A stretch of DNA of 64,000 bases from Vicugna vicugna (taxonomy: Eukaryota), in NCBI GenBank assembly GCA_013265495.1, contig MU058667.1, positions 62,001 to 126,000 on the forward strand. The letters are read 5' to 3'. Positions 55,042-64,000 of this stretch are shown here, piece by piece. The stretch's first letter is position 1. Every line of letters begins with the position of its first letter. Made by a program: the position numbers and the translations under genes. The notes below the pieces were generated by a model that was not told the origin of the DNA, searched no databases, and saw only the letters and a program-made list of their open reading frames with translations.

Positions 55042-58000
55042 GCATGTGGCAATATTTTAAGAGACAGAAAGATTCCAGACACCTTCTTCTTAGAAACTTG
55101 TTTCTGACCTGCTTGATTCTGAACATTTCTAAACCCTTGTACCTTGTTGCTCCCAGTCCCTGGACTAATCATTCTCTGTCTTCTCCCCACCTCCTTCAGG
55201 CTTAGAGTGTCTTCTTCACGGGACTCCCTTGCACACTGAGTCTGATTCTTTAATAAGCTGAGACTGTGAGAGTGCAAGGTGGGGATAAGAGAGGACAGGA
55301 ACACGGAACGGCATCTGCTGAGGGTCTCATTGTGCAGGACATCCTACGTGCTTCTTATCTTCAATTCTGAAGTCTGAGCAGGCAGGTATGAGGAACCTTG
55401 GCAAGCAGCGGAGGAAGGGAACGCAGAAGCACACTTTCATTAATAGTTACTGGGGAGAGTTTGTTGCTCCAATTTGTTTAACAATTACCTGGGATCTTTT
55501 CATACTCAGGCTCCTGCTAAACTAGATATTCTTTTTAGTCCTTCCCTTTCCTAGCCTTTCTGAGGCCTTGGAAACTTAAAATTAGAGTGAAACTAAAGAT
55601 GGCACTGAAAAATATTCCATTCTACATGACTTGTTCTTGAGAGGAGCTTGTGCAAAAATGTTAACAATGCTGATCACAAAGGGAACGATATCAATTTTCT
55701 GTGAAATGAAATGTGAAGAGAACCATCATTTATTGAGTATCTACTATGTGATTTGCATATTAATCTCATCTCATATTCACGATCAGCCTGGGATATATTA
55801 AGATTACTTAGAGTTAGATATGGCTGCAAAATGCATAAAATCTGACCAGAGTGGTTTAACAAGTTAAGGGTTTAGCAGTCTAGTAATTGGTGCTGGCATT
55901 GATTCCGTGTCTCAGTGATGACATCAAGGAACTAGTCTCTTTTTTTACGCATTAGTCTCCTTAGCAAGTTGGCATTTAGTCTTATGCTTGTCTCATGATT
56001 GCAAGCTGGCTGCATCAACTCCAGATTATCACATCCTCATTCAAGGTAGAATTAAGAGGGAAGTCGAGGCCAGCCACGTTAGTCCCCATTTTATCAGGAA
56101 AGCAAACACTTTTCCAAAACCCTCCTCATCAGACTTCTAGTTAGTTATCATTGGCCAGAACTAGATCAGATGGATACTTTTAGTAGCAAAAAGTGGAGAA
56201 AGTAGGAGCTAGGTGGTCAGGGTGGCCCTCGACTAGGGATGGGCAAATAGCAACCACACCTGGACCACAGCCTGTTTTTGTAAATAAAGTTTTGTTGTGA
56301 CATATGCACACTCATTCATTTAGGTATTATCATGCCGTTTTCAACGGCAGAGTTTTCACAGAGACTTGATGGTCTGCAAAGTCTAGAATTTTGCTTTCTG
56401 GCTTTTTACAGAAAAGTTTGCTGACTCTTGCCTTAGACCACTCGTGAGCCATCACCTAGTTTAGTTGCTTTCCTCCCCCAAACAAAACTGGGAGAGCTTC
56501 TGAGAGCAAAAAGGAGGGCCACTGTCACTGGCTAGGCCACCAACAGTATCTGCCACACACAGCTATTGTTAACCTGTTTTCAGTGAGGAGTCTGAGGCTC
56601 AGAAAGGTTCAGTAAGCTGCCAGGGACACAAGCCGAATGAGTACAGCCCGAAGTTCAAGCTCAGGGCTCTCTGACTTCGTGTCCATTTGACCCTATCATA
56701 TTTTTCTGAGTTTTCTCATCTGGGAAGGAGCTGTGAGATATCCACCTGTCATTCAACTCAGCCCTTAAGTGAGGGCTGCAGAAGGACAGAGAGCCAATGG
56801 ATCGATTTTGGTAGGTTCACAAGATAGTGAAGCATTTACTTTTAAATTCTATTTCGGCGTTCATTTCCCACCTTGTTCTCTCTCCACTACATATACACAC
56901 GGGCTAGTAGACCCTCATCTACTTTAAGAAAGGTTTTTTTGTCTCATCTTTTCTCCCCAGCACTTCACATAGCACCTAACACATAATAAGGACTCAGTGA
57001 AATTCAGTTGTACTCCCGACTCCGCTACTGTCTCATAACAAGTGAACAAATCCCGCTCACGTGTGCATGTATTACCTCCCCAGTGAGCCTGTGAATTACA
57101 TCAGTGGATACCCACTCTGCACTCAGCATATGCAGAATGACTGAAGGACATCTCTCACCCCAGCACCAGCTCCGTTTCCTTGGAACAGAAAATGATCACA
57201 ATCGTAGTGTTTAAGGGCCCCCTGGATCACCTCTGGTCTGGCTGGTCAGTCTCATCTCTGGGTGATGGATCTCAGACCTCAACCTCGGGCAGTTTCTGAC
57301 CCTTCATTTCCTCTGCAGCCTTCAAACGACAGCACAAGGGTTAAGAGAGCTGACAACAGCGTGCAGGACAAATTAAAGGGCAAAGTTTTGAAACGAAGAA
57401 GAAGAAGGCTTTGGCAAATCTATTTTTCTTCTTTGTCCTCTCTCCCTTCTTCATAACTCAATCCAAGGGGAACAGGAAGAAACCACTTCCTCTCTCCCTG
57501 TCTTCCTTTCCAGATGTCGTAGGCTTCCTCAAATGCTCCCTCTCTCTCTGGCCTGCAGGTCTTAGCTACTTCCTTAGCCTGGAAGATGCTTCTTCCCCAT
57601 CCTTACTCACCTTCATCAGGCCAACTCCTCTTCTAAAGTTTTACCTTAGAATCCACTTTCCTCCAAGGAGCCCTGCCCGGTGTTGGAAGATGTGGCTGAT
57701 ATCACAGGCCTACCATCCTGTATCCTGGGCCTAATTGTCTGGCTGACAGGTTACCTCTTGCATGGGTCTGTGAGTAAAACCTCTGAGGAGCCACATCTGG
57801 CTCATCCTACGAGCTCAATTAGTTACTGGCCAGTGAAAGAATGAGAGCAGGAGGAAGAATTCTGAAGGCCCCTAACCCTTCCCACGGGTCAGGCCAGGGA
57901 ATTCCTACCCGTGTTTGATTCCCTCTTCCCCGGAGGTTTCTGTTTGCTGCTCAGACTTTGGAAGCTGTTAACCAGGACTAACGTCTTTGTTTGGAGATCT

Positions 58001-60061
58001 TATCTGCCTCCTTCACCACCGGGCATCGTTTTCCTCTGCCCCTCCAGCCAGGCATTCCTCCACAGCCAGAGAGGCCCACTGGTATGTGGTGGAGCCAGGC
58101 GCCCTGGACAGGGTGCAAAAGCTACAGTGTAATCTCGCCTTCTCTCAGGGCCACTGACCAGAGGAGACAAAAACAGCCCCGACTGGGCTCTCCTGACGAG
58201 AACCAGCCAGTGGCACTGAAGTTTCCTTCTGTGTTTAAAATTCCTTATCTGGCATTGCTGGCAAGTCAGCAGGCCCACAGGTCAATGGAGGCTTATCTCC
58301 AGCGCTGGCTCTTCAAAGAGATACAAGCACACCACTCCCCTGGGTCAGATAGCTGTGCCAGTGAGAGACGGGAGTAATTGGGATCAGCCAATTCAACATG
58401 TGTAACGCAACCCATGAACTGTTTTTCAGAAACAAAGGTTTTTCAGGTTTTTTTTTTTTTAACCATTATAAATCAGTGCTCATTATAAAAAAATTTGGCA
58501 AATCACAAAGTGTGCAAAGAAAATTGCTTAACAATTTAGGATTTTTGATATGTTTCTCTTTAGTCTTTCACTAGGTTATTTCTTTAATAGTTGTCATCAT
58601 ATACATTCTGTAATAAATATAAAAATTTATATTCTGGCTTTTTTTTTTACAGTTAAATAGGAATATTTCCCCAACTTTTTACATAATTGGGTATGAAGTC
58701 TTAATGGCTACCTCATGTGTATTTATTGAGTGATTTATTTTCCTATTTCCTCATTGTTAGGTATTTAGATGATTTCCAATATTTTTTATCTGAATTGTTA
58801 TGAATGTCATTGAACATAAAACCTTTTTTAAATTTACACTTATTTTCTTAGACTGGATTCCCAGGAAAGGAATCAAATAACATGAATATTTAAGGTTCTT
58901 GTTTTATCTTGAAAGACAGTTTGACAGAAAGGCACTCCTAATTTATGCCTCTAACAGCAATGTTTGAAAATGTCGGTTTATTACCTCCTAGCCAAGACTA
59001 GATAGCATCTTCAATGTTGTATCTTTTTTTTATTTGATAGGGGAAAAAAAAATTCATCGTGGGTTTAACTTGCATTTCTTTCATTACTAATGAGGTTAAA
59101 CATGTTTTCTCAAGTAAATGTTTCTTTTTTGGGCCATAATTTATGTCCTTTTTCTGCCTCTCTATTTGGCCCTGTACTGTTTTTCTTATTAACTTTCATG
59201 TGAATTAATTCTTATCTTCCATATACACTGTGAATATTTTCTTCCTATTTGTTGCTTTCTGTTTGATTTTGATTTGTCAGGTGTATAAAAAATTATTTTT
59301 TGTACTTTGAGGTATACCTTTTTAACATTGTGTTATCCTCTGTTGCTTTTAAATAGTCTATCTCCTACATATTTGATAATTATTCTTTATTTGCTTTGAC
59401 TATGATAGATAGTTTATTATGTTTGTCTGGCTTATGAGGGCAGTGATTAAGAACCCAAAATTCAGAGTTAGATTGCGTAAGTTCAAATACCATCTCTACC
59501 ATCCATCAGCTCTATAATGTGGGACAAGTATCCTGATTTTCCCATCTGCAAATGGGAACACTCATGTACAGGCACCACAAACAATTGTTGTGATGATTGA
59601 ATCAGCTAATATATGTAAAGCACTTAGAACTGTTCTTAGAGACTTACAGTAAGTGCTATAAAAGTGTTGGCTATTAGGATTTAACTAGTGGGGACTTATA
59701 TTGATTTAAAATCTGAGAAAGCTAAGTTCTATTTTGCTATCTTAAAAAAAAATTTAGTTTTTAAAAATTCTTGGATAATTTCGCCTACTTGATTTTCAAG
59801 GTGAAATTTCAGTCATGATCCTAAAAGGATTTTCAACGAGAATTTTATTGGCCTTGCCACATCCTCTTTTGTGTAGGCTCACAAGGTTGTATAGCATGGT
59901 AAGAGACAATGGAGTTGTGGTTGAGACAGGAATTAAAGCATCAGATACCCCTGGGTTTGTGTACATCTCAGTTGCGCCACTTTCTAGCTGTCTGACCTTG
60001 GTGAAGTTACCTTCCGAGGTTCAATTTCCTCATCTCTAAAATGAAGAAGAAGTAGTAATCA

Positions 60062-60355
60062 TAGAAGCTGCTACAACCCAAATGTCCATCAACTGATGAA
60101 TGGATAAGCAAAATATGATATATCCATACAACTGGATATTATTGGATCATATAAAGGAGTGAAGTATGATACATGCTACAACATGGATGAAGCTTGAAAA
60201 CATGATGCTAAATGAAAGAAGTCAGTCTACAATGATCATCTATTTTATGATTCCATTTATATAAAATATGGAATAGGCAAATTTACAGAGATAGATAGTA
60301 GACTGGTGGTTGCTTAGAGTTTGAGAAGATGAGGAACCTGGAGGTGATAACTAAA
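60062..60355 (+). mobile_element. L1M 3' fragment
   Basis: ACAACCCAAATGTCCATCAACTGATGAATGGATAAGCAAAAT...ATGCTACAACATGGATGAAGCTTGAAAAC. Confidence 0.85.
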
Positions 60356-60720
60356 GATTTCTAAGCTAAGTCTCATATGGTTTGAACTGATTGATGGTAC
60401 CAAGATTGTGTGCCTGCATCCTTGTTGCAAAGGAGAAGGACAACTACATTGTAAAATTTACTATTTAAAAATGGGAATTTCCCCTAACATAGGAAAGGCT
60501 ATTTAAAAGACAATGAACAGTCATGATTACAATCAGATACAAGGACAAAGACTCCCAGGAAACCCCAAATCTAGGGAGTGGGAAGAGGAAGAGGACCCAG
60601 AGAAGAATACAGAACGGGACAGTGATACAGATGGAAGACAACACAAAAAGAAAAATAATGGAAGAAATGGATTAAAGAGTTTCAAGAAGGAGAGAGCAGT
60701 GGTCAGAATGTTAATTCTAT

Positions 60721-60849
60721 TATGGTGAAAAAGAATATGAAAAAGAACATATGTATGTTCATGTATGACTGAAGCATTATGCTTTATACTTGAAATTGAC
60801 ACAACATTGTTAATTGATTATACTTCAATAATAAAAAATATATACATAA
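60721..60849 (+). mobile_element. Severely 5'-truncated L1 3' tail
   Basis: GAAAAAGAATAT...ACTGAAGCATTATGC...TATACTTCAATAA. TSD AGAATGTTAATTCTAT (60705-60720) / AGAATATTAGTTCTAT (60850-60865). Confidence 0.8.
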
Positions 60850-61419
60850 AGAATATTAGTTCTATGTAGAAGTAAAATAAAGGCTGAGAACTATTCATTG
60901 GCTTTGGCCATTAGGAGTTTATTTATGTCCTTCATAAGAAAAATTTAATTAGTATGATAAGGAGGAACCCTAATTTTAATGGACTGTAAAGGTAATGAAA
61001 GATGATGATATAAAGACATATACTCTCTCAAGAGTTGGGGATCTAGTCCCACCGTGGGGATGTTGTAATAATCGTCATGATACTTGGGTCTTTGTAAAGC
61101 CATATGAAGTAGGACTGTTATTCCCCTTACATTACAGGCGAGACTCAAGGTCATACAAGGGGCAGATTTGGATCTTAACACCCATGCTTGCCTGACATCA
61201 GAATCAGAAAGAAACCCTAGGTAGTAGATCACAATGCCAGTATTTTACAATAGTTTGTTTTAGGGCAATTCCCAAAGTAACAGATTCTCACAATAAGAAG
61301 GAATTTGAACTCTGTTCCACTTCTTGATTCCACTTCTGTGGTTCCTTCTTAGATCCTTAAAGCCAGAGTATGTCTCTACCCCATCTTCTCATCATTCTTT
61401 ATTTATATTTTGTTTTTGA

Positions 61420-61955
61420 ATCATGTCTCCCTCTTCTGGTAATAGACCTCTGATTTTATTTTTTTTTTTCTCTGAGGAATCACCCATTCTCTCAAGCTCG
61501 GCTCACTTGCTTTGGCAAGTGCTGACTCCATCCTTGTGTCTAGGGCTGGGCAACGCACTCAGTCCTGACCAGTTAGACCATGGCATCCCTCTGGCCACTG
61601 TGATAAGTTTAAGGATAAGCTTGCGAACAAATTCAAGCCCCTGAGAATCACATACAGGACTTAGGTCGTACTGCTATGGGGAAGAAGCCCTATTTTCTGT
61701 TATATTTGAATCTTGGAAGATACAGAACTAGAGCTCTGGGAAGCTATCTTCCCTTCACATAGAATCTGAGAGTACAGCTTACACTTGGAAGAGCAGATCC
61801 AGAAGGTGGAGAGAGTTGAGTCCCAGTGAGCCCTTGGATCAAGCCCCATTTGAGGCCAGCACCTTGGTACTTTTCATTACATGAGCTAATAATTTTTGTT
61901 TGTTTAAGTCAGTTTGAATGGGCTTTTCTCCCACTTGTTACCAAGAAAGACCCAG
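61420..61955 (+). mobile_element. MLT1-type LTR (old)
   Basis: CCCCTGGCCACTGTGAT...GAGCCCTTGGATCAAGCC...TTTTCATTACATGAGCTAATAA...GTTTAAGTCAGTTTGAATGGG. Confidence 0.6.
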
Positions 61956-63911
61956 TATGTAGCTTATCACTGCCTGTATGGTGTTTTCTCCCCCAGTAGA
62001 AGTTAGCCACAGGGTGTGTGAATCCTTCCACACTTCTTTTTGTGCTCCACCCCCACCAATGCCTAGGATTTTTAAAGTAGTAAGTACTTAAATGCCTGAA
62101 GAGTTCAACAGAATTGAATGTGGGCTGATTCTTCCAAGAGTCCCTAAAAGTTGCTCCAGAAAAGCTTCCTGTCTATAAGCTTGCTCACTGTCCCTTTTGT
62201 GTCTTAATCACAAAAGTAATCTACAAAAGAAGTTTCAAATATTTGATCTTTCTGTTTGTTTGATTTCATGTTAAGCTGGAATTTAGTGTAAATATGTACT
62301 TGGAATGTCACTGCACGCTCCAACGAAACAGCTTGCAAGATGCAGAGTGGGCTGCTCTCTCGGTGGCTCAATAAAATGAAATGCTCATTTTCTGTCCTTT
62401 GTGAAAAACTAGTTTTTCTCTGGGGCTTGGCTCCTTTCACACAAAGAAACTGATATCCTCTCAAATAAAAAAGGGCCAGAGAAATAGGATGGCTTTCTGT
62501 TTATTACTGTGAAAACTTGGCAGCAGTCCTGTGCCCAAATGGCCATAGCTGTTGCTGTTGTGCACAGTTTAGGAACGCTGCTCTTTCAGGCTGGCTGGGC
62601 TCATTAAACAAGAAAGCTACGGACAGAAAGAAGTACTTCCAGAACACACTGAGGAACACCATTAAAGGATGTGTCATAGCAATGGACAGTTGAAAAATCC
62701 TGATTTGCTTGTATTAACAAATGCTGAGATTTTTGTTTCCTGCTGAAATGGTTGGGAGAGTGCTCTATGCCATATCTTTAAGACAAAAACCAGAAACACT
62801 AGAGGAAATATTGCAAGTTGATCATAATACGATTCCAATTCATCATAACTATAATTGTAGCTGACCCTTACTGAGTACTCATTATGTGCCAGACACTTAA
62901 CTTGCTCAAGGTCACATAGGTTGTAATGCAAGAGCTAGAAGTCAGACCAGGTAGTATTGCTTCAGAGCTTCTGTTGATAACCATCAGGCTTTATTGCTTT
63001 TCAGACTATTTGCACAAATAAGCTGATAAGCTTGTGGGTATATGGGAATGTGACCTTTGGGGAGTCATCTTGCAACATCTATTAAAATTTGAATTACACA
63101 TACCTTTGACCTAACAATCTAGGAACATGTTCTAGACAAGAAATAAACTGTGAACTAGAGAAGAAATAAACTGTGAACTAATCATCTTTGACAGGTATAT
63201 TTTGAATGAATTTGTTGACCTAGAGGTATATCCATGATGGATCATTAAATGGGAAAAGCAAAGAACGGAGACCTGTATGTAGTGTGATTGATTTGTATAA
63301 AACAAGGATCAAAGAATATCTATATTTGTATGTAGTTTCATGAGAACTGAGTGGCAATAGGATACAGCAGGCTGTTAAGTATTCAGGGGGTGGGGGAAAA
63401 CGGACACAAGGAAAGGCGAGAAAACAAATACTTAAAAACAACTTGGAACAATAAGCATGGTATAATGTCAGGCTAAAATGTCCAATATGAAAGTCCATAT
63501 GAGTGTTACTGCAAATATGTAATACTTGAGTAAGCATTTAGGGAAGAACTAGATGGTGACAAAGACAAGTGTTATATCAAACATTAATCTGCTTAAATAA
63601 TTGTGTGGAAAAATTTTTTCTTGGATTTTGTTTATTTTCAAAGATAGATTTTTATAATAAAGCATCACTATTGGGAAGAGGGGAAAGGATTTAAACCTTT
63701 TTAGGAGAGGAACAAGTCTGGAACCCAATGGTAAAATTAAGATGAAATTGAATAGTGTGGCCAACAGGGTGCAATGCGAACACGGGCCATGGGGGCTGTG
63801 GTGGAGGTGGCACCGCCGAGCATCACGGGCTGGGAGCCCACGAGGAAGCAGTTAAGGCAGCACTGAGCTGATATGGGACTAGATGCTGTTGCCACCTTTG
63901 CCCACATCCTT

Positions 63912-63952
63912 TTTCTTGGTGGGGGGAGGTGGTTAGGTTTATTTATTTATTT
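63912..63952 (-). mobile_element. 5'-truncated Vic-1-like SINE (tail only)
   Basis: GGGGGGAGGTGGTTAGGTTTATTTATTTATTT matches the tail of the copy at 49997-50030; degenerate flanking duplication. Confidence 0.55.
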
Positions 63953-64000
63953 CCCATGTTCTTGATTTGTGACTTGTTTAGCCTCAAATCACAGCTTCTT

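Larger units (their letters stand above)
50169..59752 (+). repeat. 4.7-kb direct duplication (50169-54875 and 55042-59752) flanking an assembly gap
   Basis: Identical ORF pairs at an offset of ~4873-4876; only about ten differences seen by eye. Confidence 0.97.

Noticed and set aside
54812..55304. ORFs spanning the N gap
   Set aside because: Artefacts of translating Ns.

Overview
Mammalian (eukaryotic) genomic DNA, most likely from a camelid, judging by tRNA-Ala-derived Vic-1-like SINEs and the absence of Alu or Bov-A elements. The only supportable protein-coding gene is Frizzled-4 (FZD4) on the minus strand. It has two coding exons (26457-26173 and 24046-22718) giving 537 aa, a 2126-bp GT-AG intron, a CpG-island promoter and a ~5-kb 3'UTR ending near an AATAAA at 17667-17672. 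The rest is intergenic DNA rich in old repeats (MIR, L2, L1, MLT1/MLT2 LTRs, MER5/45/53/58), including nested insertions. A 4.7-kb near-identical direct duplication (50169-54875 vs 55042-59752) flanks a 166-N gap and is probably an assembly artefact. I found no evidence of a wholly new biological system. The best leads are His at FZD4 residue 211 (Tyr in human, as I recall), a 14-codon uORF, an intron-readthrough soluble FZD4S-like ORF, back-to-back convergent poly(A) signals and several candidate regulatory elements. Repeat family names and human comparisons come from memory of consensus sequences, not from database searches.
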